A stretch of 64,000 nt of DNA from Octopus bimaculoides (lineage: Eukaryota), in the NCBI RefSeq assembly GCF_001194135.2, contig NC_068983.1, forward strand, positions 89,836,866 to 89,900,865, in the 5' to 3' direction. A program made the translations under genes and the position numbers. How positions within the stretch are numbered: the first letter of the stretch is position 1; every line of letters begins with the position of its first letter. Of this stretch, positions 24,440 to 37,276 are shown in pieces. The notes below the pieces were generated by a model, which searched no databases, was not told the origin of the DNA, and saw only the letters and a program-made list of their open reading frames with translations.

Positions 24440-25680
24440 ATTTAGCTATTAGTATTCTTTATGCAGTGATCCTCAACCATATGCATCACATAACCATACT
24501 AGCACAGTCTTCTGTCTTGCATGCTACATTTGATTCCTCTTAGGCCCAATTTTCATATTAATATATTTGTTCTTTGTTGCATATGCACACTGACATTGCA
24601 CATCCAACTGAGCATGCTAGCTCTATTTCTTCCAAGCCTTCACATGTCCTCCACATTCACAGCCCATGTTTCGCTACTACGTAGCATTGCTGTTCATTCA
24701 CAAACATTATACAGTCTGCCTTTCATGCTGAGGGAGAGTTAGTAGCTCTGAACTCCATCTGATTCTTATCTAGGCAACTACACTTTCAGAGCATCATCAT
24801 CCTCTGCTAATTAGGTCACCTAGGTAACAGAAACTATCTATTACCTCTAAGGATCATCCTGGGCATTTGACGGAATCTATTTCCTGTGTTCTTAGTGTTT
24901 ATTGTTCCTGCTCATCTGCCACACACAAAGACTACTTTCTCTATAAACCTTGCGATTTCACTGCACCTTTTATGTGCCCATAAATTGTGCTAGGTACACA
25001 TTATAGAATTTCTATGCACACTTTTTCTATATATCAAGCAGAACCATTTTCCTGCAGATAAGTAATTTGTTTGCTTCCCTGCTTACTAGTACTTTGGTCT
25101 TTGCTATGTTAACTCTAAGGCCCTTTGATTCCAAATTTTACTTCCACTCCTGGAATTGATTCTCTAATTCTACTATTGATACAGCAATAAGAACAAAGTC
25201 ATCAAGGATAAACGGTCATGCCCTGGAGGACAATATTGAATAGAAGAGGACTGAGAACAGTTATGGTGAGCTCCTACCTGCACATCATATTTGTTGCTAA
25301 CTCTCACCTTACTATACATGGCTTGGATGACTCACACCACTCATTCATCTACCCCTACCTTCTGCAGTGACTGCTATACAGGAGAATGAGGGACCCTGTC
25401 AAAGGCTTCCTCCATTTTTGGCTAAATGCTTCTGCAGTTGCCTGACTAGGAAGATAGAATCGATAATACTTCCCCTTGGCAAAAAAACCCAACTGCATCT
25501 CATCTAGGCTAACTCTTTTCCTACTTAGTTGAGCTATAACCCTTCCTTTAATGTTCATGACTTGGTCCAGCAATTTGATACCTTTTATTACTTCTCTTTA
25601 AACAGTTAGGGGAGACACCTTAGACAGAAGTAATTATAAAGGTATCAAATTGCTGGACCAGATCATGAAAGTTAAAAGAA
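24440..25680 (-). mobile_element. Degraded RTE LINE ORF fragments
   Basis: KGRLYNVC..ETWAVNVEDM..MLSWMCNVSVH; LDQVM..RVSLDEMQLGF. Confidence 0.7.
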
Positions 25681-26383
25681 AGGTTATGTTTATATGTTAT
25701 GTAGGTAGGTAGGGTAAATCCCAGCTGTTTCCTCTTGAAGCACATCTGCTTCTCTGTCATGGCTTTGAGGACAATGTTGAATTGAAGAGGATTGAAAACT
25801 GCATATCATATTTGTTATAATCCAGTATATAGTCTCAGTTGCTGCTTCTGTGTTACTGCAAAATACATATTAAAATTGAGTATTATGGAAATATTTGCAG
25901 AGTTATTGTATAACAAAACAGAAAATTGGTAATTTCTTGGGACTATTTATTCACCATTACATGTGTTTCGTTTGCTAATAGCAACTATAAAGTTTTACAG
26001 GATAGACATCTAAGGAATTTTCTATTAGAAATTCTTCAGAGAGAGAAATTAAATTTGGATGAAGCAAAATGTGATGTTGATGGTTCAATATAAGCTGTCA
26101 GGTGTAGCAGATGATGACAGGCATGTTGGACCAACATCAAAGGTAAACATGGAAAAGAATAGAAATGCAGTTTTCATAATTTATTTGGTTACGGTTGCAT
26201 TTACATGTTGGATATAGAAAGCTTGATTTGAAATATGAACAAATATTCCGCTACATAAAGTTACCAACAGCTTCAAGTCAGAAGAAAAATAGGAAGAAAG
26301 AATGTTGATATGACCAGATAGTACAAGGCATATTTTGTGTCAGTGTTTGCATTTGTCATTTGATTGTGTTGTGTTTTTTTCTA

Positions 26384-26560
26384 TTGGGTTGGTGCATAAT
26401 TATTGTCATTTTTTTTCCCAACAAATTTTATTCACCAAAAACAATAACAACATGTAACAAAAACATCTTTAAATGATTATTCCAGAGCATATTCACCATC
26501 TGCTTCAATTACTGCTTCCCATTTGCTTGGCAGCTGGTCGGAATAATCATTTAAAGATGT
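26384..26560 (-). mobile_element. Mariner 3'-end fragment
   Basis: TA + TIR ttgggttggtgcataattatt; minus strand reads DQLPSKWEAVIEADGEYALE*. Confidence 0.8.
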
Positions 26561-27900
26561 TTTTGTTAAATATTGTTATTGGTTTTGTTGGAAAAAAGCC
26601 ATCTGTTCATGGTCTGCAACTGCTATTGTCTGGTCTCTTGGCTCATGGTGGTCACCATCTTGATCACGATGCTGCCTGTCTGCTCGTTGCTGGCTAACTT
26701 GACATGTGTCTAGGAAACCGTATTTATAATGGCCATTCTAGCTAGAAGGATGGATGTACCATAAGAGTAGTTTGTACTTATTTAGGTCACTTGTCCATCT
26801 GAATTTTCTGTGACACAGCCCAGGCTGGAGGTCAAGTGGAAACTCATCCATCACTTTCTGACAGGACAAAGAAATTTTTCACACCTAGTCAGTCAATAGC
26901 GGTGGATCAGGCAAGCAAGAATCCATAGATTCGGTTTCGAATCTCAGTTTGGAAAATAAAATGTAGTTTACACACTACCCACAGTGAGAAAGCCAAAGAG
27001 ATTGAACGTTACAGATGCATGTGAAATTGAAAATGCAAGTCATTTACAAACAAATGAATACTTAAAACAGAAGCATAAATGTAATATGCTAGCGTGTTGA
27101 AAGAGATATGCAACTCTATTGATTACACGACCCACTAGAGGTCTAACAGAGGTAAGTTATCTTTCAGTAGCGTGGAGAACGTGTGATAGCATGTGATGAA
27201 AATATGATGCAAGTGTGTGTAAGCATGCAGGTGTGATACATAGAGCAAAACACTTTTAAAACAAAGCATGATATATGTGCATGCAAAAAAATGTAATTTC
27301 ATTTAGGAATGAAAATGTTCAGTCAATTCAATCACCAGAACAATGTTCATAAAAAGATTGTTTTTTGTCTATATAGAAAAATGTTTGTTTTTTTATATAC
27401 AAAATGGGGTTTGTTGGTTTTTTTTTTGTNNNNNNNNNNGGGGGGGGGGGGGGTTGTATGTAGGTGATTCCACTTGGATTATAGGCATTGGGTCAAGACT
27501 AAAAATGTGAAAACTTGGCAATAACTTAGACAATAACTCAAGCAAATTTTACTGTGAGTTTGTTGTTATAGGTAGATTTTTCACTGTAATATATAACTAA
27601 TTTTTGTATTATTCTATTTATTGTACTAATTATGTACTACTATTATTTTTTATAACCTATTTTCAAATTTCTAATTAATTAATAATTAAAAAAATGAATT
27701 TTTTTTTAAATGCAAAAAATATTTTCATTGAGCTATTTTTATTTTTAATAGAAGTAACAAGTAATAACTTGTAATGAAATTTTTAGTTTTAATAAAAGCT
27801 AATATTTTCTAAATGTAAATATTCTTTGAAATTTTATCCTTAGCTGCAATATTTTAAGAAAAAATTTTCTTGTTCTGTACTGAACTTTTCTTGTTGCTGC

Positions 27901-28607
27901 ATGACACCTTTGGGGTCATGCAGCAACAGGTGGACTGTGGGTTTTGATGTGGTGGGAAACAAATGCAGAATGTGTGGGGAGAGGGGTGAAACAGTATGGC
28001 ACATCATTAGTGAATGCCTGAAATTGGCACAACGCAAATACAAAAGATGTCATGGCAATGTGGCAAGAATGGTCCATTGGGAGCTCTGTGGAAATCACGG
28101 CTTACAAAGAGCAAAGATATGGTTTGAGAAAACTCCAGAAGGAGTCACCGAAAATGAGAATTGCAAAATCCTGTAGGATGCAATGATCCAGTGCTATCAT
28201 CCAACCAGACATTGGAAACTGGACGTTGTTGTGGTGAATAAAAAAGAAAGAACATGTACAATAATCAGCATAGCATGCCCTAGTGACAACAGAATCAGTG
28301 CGAAAGAAGAAAAATAAACAACTATGAAGGTTGTGGTCAATGAAGAAAGTAGACGTGATACCAATTGTAATTGGTGCACTTAGAAGTATCAGCACTCAAC
28401 TACTAACATGGCTGAAAAAGATTGGTGCAAGTGTAAAGGTAGAACACCTACAAAAATCAGCTTTGCTTGGAACTGCAACAATTCTTTGCAGGGTTCTTGA
28501 AGCATGACCAGTAAACAAGTGTCACCTTAGTCTGCTGGCTGTAGACAGCTGACACTTTCCATCATACTCAGCAAAATAAGCTGTGAGTTTTCATATAATA
28601 ATAATAA
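27901..28607 (+). mobile_element. R4/Dong-like non-LTR retrotransposon 3' fragment (CCHC knuckle + restriction-like endonuclease)
   Basis: CRMCGERGETVWHIISEC..VARMVHWELC..ENENCKIL*D..LDVVVVNKK..IACP, followed by a (TAA)n tail. Confidence 0.8.
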
Positions 28608-29045
28608 TCGTCATCGTCATCATCGTTTAACGTCCATTTTTCATGCTAGTATGGGTTGGACGGTTTGACTGAGGTCTGGAGAGCCAGCAGCTGCACCAGG
28701 CTCCAATCTGATTTGACAAGGTTTCTACAGCTGGATACCCTTCCTAACGCCAACCACTCTAAGAGTATAGTGAGTGCTTTTTACATGCTACCAGCACAAG
28801 AGCCAGTCAGGTGGGCCTGGCATCAATCACATTTGGATGGTGCTTTTTACGTACCACTGGCACAGGAGCCAGTCTGGGGGTACTGGCATCGGCCAGATTT
28901 GGTTGGTGCTTTCTGCATGCCACCGGCATGGTAGCCAGTCAGGCAGACCTGGCATCAGCCATATTTGGATGATGCTTTTTATGTGCCACCGGCACGGGAG
29001 CCAGTCAGGGGGCACTGGCCACAGCTTCGATATTGGTTATACTTG
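28608..29045 (-). mobile_element. RTE 3'-end copy with internal ~60-bp tandem repeats
   Basis: catcatcgtttaacgtcc..; repeated gtgcttttt..cac(t/c)ggca..gagccagtc units. Confidence 0.8.
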
Positions 29046-29775
29046 ATTCAACAGATCTTTTCAAGCATATCATATTGCCCAATGTATCAGGAGTATTCTT
29101 AACAGGGGCCGGACATACGTGGCTGCAATCTCACTTTTTTTCTGTTGAAATGAAATTTCAGTAAATTTCCATATCTTTGTGCAGCTGAGGATTGCTCTGC
29201 ATTTTACATTTCATGTAAAGTTCACATTGCTTAAATAAATGGAGTCGCATGAAACGATCGTACTGCATTAGCATTGGATATCCTTGTTGCTTATTTTGAT
29301 GATATATATATGTATATATATATATATATAGTCCACTCCCCACTCCTTCGGAAAACATTTACCCCACAAATTTCTTTATAATCGTAATCTATGTTATTTG
29401 AAAGGTGTTACTATAGAATTTCATTAAAAGATATTCATTTTCCTGAAAGTTATGTAAAAACGGATCATATGAATTTTCCGACAGTCTCCTCACCCTTTCA
29501 GAAAAAAGTTGATAAAGGACATGGACAATGATAATAATGATTTTAATAAATAATTAAATAAAATAAAATTTTAAAAGTTTAAAAGACTTTTAGATATTTT
29601 ACAAAATAGAAACACGTACACACACGCACACACACACATATATATATATACACGCACACACACACACATATAGTCAATTCAAACATGAACAAGCAAGAAA
29701 AAACACGAAAAACAACACAAGGACGTGGAATAAGTACAATGTTACTGGAGCTCAGGAAAGGAAAGAAAAGAAAAA

Positions 29776-29825
29776 GGACTTAACATTTCGATCGGAGATC
29801 TTCGTCAGAAATATAGGAAAAGTCC
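29776..29825 (-). ncRNA. Minimal type-I hammerhead ribozyme motif within a ~205-bp repeat (29672-29878)
   Basis: Minus strand: ggacttttcctatattt CTGACGA a GATC tcc GATC GAAA tg TT aagtcc. Core boxes, 4-bp stem II and flanking ggactt/aagtcc pairing are present. Confidence 0.65.
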
Positions 29826-29876
29826 AAAGAAGTGAAGGCAGAGAAAGAAAATCGCCAACGATGCACATGTGGTCAC

Positions 29877-29913
<37 letters not shown>

Positions 29914-30104
29914 GGTAAGATGATTTGTATTTATCCTTTAGGTATCATACCCATCTTGACCAATAAGGTAAAAGTTATCTCGGGAACCTGTTGAAGGATT
30001 TATTATAGAAATGCTTACAGAATATCACTAATTCCTGTCTATGGTTATTTAGGTTATTCTCTGACATAAGTATTTGGTGTGACTCCTCTCAGCAGGGTTC
30101 ACAT

Positions 30105-33100
30105 TGTAGACAGTTACTTCCCTTGAAACCAGTTGTCTCATCCATTGGCCACTGAATGGTGCATGTTGTAGTGTTGCATTGTGAGAGAATTAAAGCTTAT
30201 AGCTTTTGGACGGTGCAACCAAAGTCATTAGTTGTATTTTCTTCCTGCTGCGATTTCAAGTGATGTAACAGTAAAAAATAACCACCTCTTGTATATGAAT
30301 AGGAACGCAAAGAAACTGCCTTTATCTCTTTCTATACAAATATTGTAATTTGCATGCAGTATCAAAATTAAAATGACTTACGGCCATATTTGCAAGTTCT
30401 TATCATCCTTTTATTCTTGTATTTGGAGAATGTCTGCCTTCTACATTTCAGCTTTCTTTGTTAGGAGCAAAAGTTCCTAAAAATGGTGACCCTGAAAAAC
30501 AAATAGACAAGTTTACATTTTACAAGCTTACAGCGAATGAAAAGAAAAACAGACAAGTAGAACTGTTAACTGCTCTAAACAGTCGACATCTAAAAATTTC
30601 ATTTTTTCACATTCAAACTTTGTTTTGGCGTTCCTTGACATTCCTTTCTTCTCAACGGGTTTTCTGCCTTTATAAAATGAGCAATTTTCCACTTCCTCAA
30701 TTCCATGGGGAAGCAAAAATATGGTTTTCGCAACTGGAATCCTACTTTATTGCTACCAGTACTCGCCAGATACTGGCCAAACTGCACATCGCATTCTCCA
30801 GCTTACCGTCCCCACTCGTTTCGTCTGTTGGAGATTTGCTGACGGATACACCAGATGGGGTGTCCTACGAAGAATTCGAGTCCAAGGTGCTACGCAGAAA
30901 CTCTCTGTCCGCTGAGAGCAAGTTCTGCTCATTGCTGCAGGATGAATATTTGGGAGACAGAAAATGAACTGAGTTTTTGAGACGGCTACGAGAGCTTGCA
31001 GCTGACTCTTACGAGGGTCAGGCCTTTGTTAAACAACTCATTTTTTTTTTCTGGTATGCCACTCAGCATCCAGTCAGCACTGGTACATCTGTTGGACACC
31101 ACAGCAGACAGGATTCTTGAGTTCTCCAAAAACCTCTCTTTGGATAATATCATCGCCGGTGCCTCCTCTAAAACTTCTTCCATCAAGGCAGATAAACAAT
31201 CTTCAGAGACCTTGAAAGTGATCCAGGAACACACTCAGCAGGTTTCGCGCCTCTTTAGGGATCGCTCTTGTCTTTCTTCTTCAAGGTCCCGTTTAAGAAA
31301 CTGGCCTAGACAGCGTTCTTCTTCACGTGACCTCGCACTACCAGCCCCTCCGGTTTGCTGGTACCACAGACGGTTCAAGGATCAAGTTCATCAATGTATA
31401 CAGCCCTGCTCTTACACTCCTGCAGAAAACAAGCTAGGGAGACCCTGTGCACGTCAGTCGTCTCCCCCATTGAAAATCCTCACTGTGCATTCTTCGTCTG
31501 AGACACAAAATCTTCAAAGTCTTTTATGGTAGACACAGGAGCCAATGTTAGCATTTGGCCTCGACGGTATACGTTCACCGATCCTGCTCTCTCAGACATT
31601 TCTTTGTTCGCGGTTAACCATTCTGCTATCAGGACTTACGGTCAAATCTCCCTTACTCTCGATTTGTCACTCTGTAAAGTATTTCGGTGGATTTTCGTTA
31701 TTGCTGACTTACCACATCTAATTTTGGGGGCAGATTTTCTTCACCATTATTCACTCCTGGTGTATGTCAAGGGACGTCGACTTTTGGATAGTACCACTTT
31801 CCTCACTGCCTCCGTAGAGGATACTACTGTTCCTGCTGTGAGTCCTTCATTCTTTGTAGCTGTTGCAGGAAACATGTATCTATAGTTACTTGCATCATTT
31901 CCCGAATTAATGGATTTGGTATTCAAGCCAGCTCATTCTACTAAGCATTTTATAATGACTAAAGGACCTCCTGTATTTTCCAGACCTCGTTGTTTGTCTC
32001 CAGAAAAGCTGCAGATTGCCAGAGCTGAATTCGAGCATATGCTCCAGCTTGGCCTCATTCGTCCTTCCAAGAGCCCATGGGCCATGCCTCTGCACTTAGC
32101 AAAGAAAAGCGCCGTCGATTTTCGTCCTTGTGGTGACTTTAATACTGTCACGGTTCCAGATCGCTATCCAATTTCACATTTTCCAGGATTTTACTTCTGC
32201 CCTACATGAATGCAAAACTTTTTCCAAAATCAACTTGGTATGCGCATACCATCAAATTCCCATTAACCCGGAAGAAGTAACAACATCTTTCAGAGCATTT
32301 GAATTTTTATCCATACCTTTTGGGCTTCGTAACGCAGCAAGCACATTCCAGAGATTTATTGATGCGGTCATTCGTGGCTTACCTTTTGTTTTCGCATATG
32401 TGGATGATCTCCTAATTGCCAGCACCATTCAAGATCAACATATCCAGCATTTAACACAGTTGTTCCAACGTTTGCGCTCTTTTGGTGTGAAGATCAATCC
32501 GTCCAAGTGTGAGTTTGGATCTTCCAGCTTGGGACACCTCATAGATGCTTCCTTCTAAATTTGAGGCCATCAAACGTTTGTCTTCTTCTGTGTCTTTAAA
32601 ACAGTTAAGAACATTTCTGGGTCTAATTAATTTCTATAGAAGATTCATTCCCAACTGTGCAAAAAAGTTGTCTCCTTTGACCCAGCTTTTAAAAGGACAG
32701 CCAACTAAAAATGCTAATATTTCATTGTCTCCTACTGCTTTGCAAGCTTTCAAAAAGGCCAAAACAGAGCTAGCCAATTCATCCTTTTTGGCTCATCCTG
32801 CTCCTGACGCCAGTCTGTCTCTAACAGTTGACGCTTCAGATTTAGCTGTGGGTGCTGTGTTGTAACAAACTGTAAATGGACAAACTCAACCCCTGGCTTA
32901 CTTTTCTTGTCAGCTGCAACCTGCTGAATTGCGTTACAGCGTTTTCAGCAAAGAATTTTGTGGTGAAGAACATAGCTCACCTTCTCGAGGGTAGGGAGTT
33001 CACGGTTTTCACTGATCATAAACTGTTAATGTTTGCACTGTTTACCAAAACTGACCGGTACTCGCCCAGAGAGACCAGGCACTTGGATTATATCTCGCAG

Positions 33101-35210
33101 TTCATCAGTGACATTCGCCACATTGCGGGCACTGACAACATTCCTGCAGACACCCTGTCTCGCCTCCCAGTTTATTCTTTGTCTCCTGCCTCAATTGATC
33201 TGGTCGCTATGGCTGCAGACCAACCTTCCTTGGACTCTTTGGATGTGACTTCTCCACAGTTTTCCTGTTGCAAATTCAAGAACCTGCCTCTTCCATCATC
33301 TGAAGGGACCATTCTTTAGGATGTTTCCACCAGGTCACCCTGATCCCTGGTCCCCGATCATTATCGTCGTCCTGTTTTCGAAGCCTTGCACTCGCTATCA
33401 CATCTAGGCATTGCGACCACAGTTAAGCTTATTTTGGCTCGATTTTTCTGGCCGAATATGCGATGTTCTATTACTGTTTGCTCATACGCCTGTCTACATT
33501 GTCAGCGTGCGAAAATACACAGACATGTGTGAGTTCCTTTGGAGCACTTCTAGCTGCCAGATTCCAATTTCCAGCACATTCATATCAACATTGTTGGTCC
33601 ATGGCCTCTCGGTTGCGGGTTCACATATATCCTGACCTGCATTGACAGATTCTCCAGATGGCCTGAAACCATTCCTCCAGCAGACATTTCTGCAATCTCT
33701 GTTGCCAGAGCACTCATTTCAGGTTGGATCTCTTGTTTTGGAGTACCCTCCAGGATTACGACTGATCGTGGTCGCCAGTCTATTTCGTGAACTGTCATGA
33801 TTGCTCGGAATACAGCATATTCACACCACAAGCTACCACCCCGCTGCGAACGGAATGGTAGAGCGTTTTCATAGGCAGCTAAAAGCCACGATTCATGCTG
33901 TTCCTAAACCTCATCATTGGTCAGAGTTCTTTCCTATTGTTCTACTGGGCTGCCGTTCAGCTATCAATGTAGATTTGGGATACTCTTCTGCCGAACTCTT
34001 GTATGGCACCATTTTGGCACTACCTGGCCAAATGTTAGCACCCATTGATGTATAGAATGCTGATCCAACTTCACTCAACTTAGATCCTTCTTTGCGGACC
34101 TACCTCCAACGTTGACTAGACAGTAGTCTGTATATTCTACGGTTCCTACTGACATATCCACATGGATGCATGTGTTTATCCAGAACGATTCCGCTAAGGG
34201 TCCATTGACGCCACCTAATTCTGGTACTTACCGTGTAATTAAGTGCACAGAGAAACTGTTTACTGTGAATATAAACGGAAAAATATAACTGTCTCTGTCA
34301 ACAGAGTTAAAAAAGCATTCACCAAAACGGACACACCTATCTTTCCACATACATATTCATGCCCACCACCACAAGCACCTACACCTAATAAAACAAATTG
34401 CAAAGACACTCTATACCAACCTCAACACGTTCGTGCAGGTCAGTACATTGGCCAAAAAGACTATCAAAAATAATTTTTATATGACTTCCTGCCTTTAACT
34501 GTTACGGTGATACTCATGTGTTTTCCAATTTCACATTCTTGTTACAAAAAGAGAAAAAAAAACACACAGAGACATTTATATATATGTCCACACTACACAC
34601 ATACACACTGTTTGCCATGAATCACATACGTCCATACAGTTGTATATATGTCCACAAGCACCACACACACTGTTGTTTTCGTTTTGTATGCCTGTCGCAT
34701 TTTCTTTTGTTCTCTGTGCATGCAGATTTTTTTCTCAATGTTTCTTTCTTTTTCACATTGTACACATTTCTCTCACTGCTGCCTCTTTGCATTCTCTGCG
34801 TTTGTATTCCCTCAACTTTCTACCCACCGTTCTTTAGTTCCGACTTCGAGTCTTGCAAGGAGGCAGGGATGTAGACAGTTACCTCCCTTGAAACCAGTTG
34901 TCTCATCCATTGGCCACTGGATGGCGCACGTCGTGGTGTTGCATTGTGGGAGAATTTAATGTGTAGCTTTTGGACGACGCAACCCAAGCGGTCAGATATA
35001 TTTTCTTCCTGCTGCGTTTCCAAATGATGTAACAGTCAAACATAACCACCTCTTGTATATGAATACAAATGCCTTTATCTCTTTCTGTACAAATACTGTA
35101 ATTTGCATGCAGTATCAAGATTAAAACGACTTACAGCCGTATTTGCAAATTCTTGTATTTGGAGAATGCCTGCCTTCTACGGTTCAGCTTTGTTAGGAGT
35201 GTAGCACTCA
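30105..35210 (+). mobile_element. Gypsy/Ty3 LTR retrotransposon, CsRn1/Kabuki-like, degraded
   Basis: Diverged LTRs 30105-~30481 and 34870-~35210; PBS tggtgaccctga; PPT aaggaggcaggga; gag CWYH-x9-C-x3-C; protease VDTGA; RT YVDD; RNase H DAS; integrase H..H..C..C, IDRF, TDRG, NGMVERFHR. Order PR-RT-RH-IN. Confidence 0.95.
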
Positions 35211-36384
35211 TAAGAGGCGGAGAGAGAACGTAAGTTCGTTTGCCCGAACATGAGAAATTATTGATTTCTCATTGGTTAAAAATTACTGCCCATATACGAA
35301 TTATGAACTTCGTTGAAGAAATCTTTCACGGAGTTACGGTTCTATGATTCGTGTATGAGTAGTTATAAAAACCCTGATTTTCGGCAAAATCTCCAGTGAT
35401 CGTTGGATGTTACTCAAGTCTGCGACACTCACCCTTTTGGGTATAGGCTAATATATATGCCATGTTCAATACTCAAATCCGACAATATTGAATTGTCATG
35501 AAACCTTATTAGTTAGAATGAGAAACTAGTTAATGGTAAATTTAAGTTGTAAATTCTCTACGATGAAATGCTTTGTTTCTAAATATCTATAAATGTAAAA
35601 ATATGTATATAATAAATTAATGTAGAAACTTAATTCCTTTTACTTCTCGTTTCTTTCAACTTGTTGAATTTATTTCTGTATATTAATGAAACTGTATTTT
35701 TTTATGTGTAACGGTCAAAAAAATATAATCTATATCTTCAACATACATGCACGAGCGTCTTGTCATGTATACATCATAACATTTACGCAGCCTGAACTAA
35801 ACTAAGAGTTATGCTTAGTGATAAATACTTATAATTAAGTTATAATTAACGAAATTATCATTATAGCTTTTAATTAATAAACAATAATATTCGTTATAAC
35901 TTACGAATGAAAACATTATAAATAAAGATATAGTATATCTCACATTTCAACGACCTGTTGTGATAACAAACAACCAACATTAAAAAAACTGGTGTCCGAC
36001 CCTATATACACATAAAAGGAGCAAAAGTTCTTAAAACATCTACTTCTTCCTATTTCATATGGTTTTGCTTAACTTAGGATTGACCATTTTAACTCCTATT
36101 TTGCTTTTTTCCCCTAAGTTGCCATATTAGCTTGCTAAGTGATGTTGCATTTTCCATATTATTGTGTTTGAATGATGAGACCTGGTTATTGTAGCAGAGC
36201 TTAAACAGCGTTGCTCAACATCCTATGTAATAGTAAGTTTTATTACGGGTTATTACTGCTCATTTATAGAATTTTCTTTTCCAGACATGAATTATTTGAA
36301 GAACATTCTCTATTTCCCCTACAGTTACAGCTGGTCTTGTCTTTTCTATTGCTGCTACCTATGTGGTTATTATCCCTATTACCA

Positions 36385-36715
36385 TTCTGGCAGAACCGTT
36401 AGCATGCCAGGCAAAATGCTAAGCGGTACTTCACTCATCTTTATGTACTCAGTTCAAATTTCACTGGGGTCGATAAATTAAGTACCAGTCAAATACCGGG
36501 GTCGATGTGAACAACTTACAGTAAATTTTCAGATTAACACCCGCACGATTTTTACTTGGGTTTTAGGGTTGGGGTTAGGATTAGGGACGGAATTCCCTAA
36601 CTTTAACCCTGACCCTAACACCCTAGTGAAAATCGTGCTGGTGTTAATCTAAAAATTTATCCAACTTACCCCCTCTCCACAAATTTCAGGCTTGTAATAG
36701 AAAGAATTATTATTA
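36385..36715 (+). mobile_element. SINE interrupted by a palindromic MITE
   Basis: Same family as 378-580; ends in (TTA)n. Confidence 0.7.
36520..36661. mobile_element. 142-bp palindromic MITE with telomere-like repeats, 8-bp TSD CAACTTAC
   Basis: Whole element is an imperfect hairpin centred on ggaattcc; TSD at 36512-19 and 36662-69. Confidence 0.8.
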
Positions 36716-36965
36716 TTATTATTATTGGTTTAGTTTTAGTTTCCTTCTCCATCCCTATTTCTCCCTCTCACACAGTTGGTATTGTCAAGGGGGTAACACA
36801 CTGTAAGAAAGTTTCTTTTTCCTTTTATTTCCCCAAGCTCTAGAGTAGTATTTTTCAGAATTCATTTATATGTATGTATATATGTTGGACAATGTTCTTC
36901 ACTGGTTACTCCAACATGGGAACCTCAAACGTTAAAGGTACATGCTACATATATATGTGTGTGTG

Positions 36966-37235
36966 ATCATCATTTAAGGTCCGTTGTCCATGCTGGCTTG
37001 GGTTGGACGGTTTGACTGGGCTGGAAGGTTGCACCAGACTCCAGTCTGATTTGGCATGGTTTTCTATGGCTGGGTGCCCTTCCTAATGCCAACAACTTCA
37101 AGAGTGTAATGGGTGCTTTTACGTGCCATTAGCACAATACCGGGGTGCATTTACGTGCCACTGGCATGGGTGCCAATTTGTGTGACGCCGGTATCTGCCA
37201 TGACTGCAATTTTTCTCAGCTTGATGGGTCTTCTT
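36966..37235 (-). mobile_element. Older RTE 3'-end copy
   Basis: catcatttaaggtccgttgtccatgctggc.. Confidence 0.7.
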
Positions 37236-37276
37236 CTCAAGCATGACATAATGCCAAAAGTCTTAGTTATTGCTGC

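Noticed and set aside
36520-36661. Ancient telomere-telomere fusion site
   Set aside because: The repeats are short, enclosed in TIRs, flanked by an 8-bp TSD inside a SINE, and a second family member is present.
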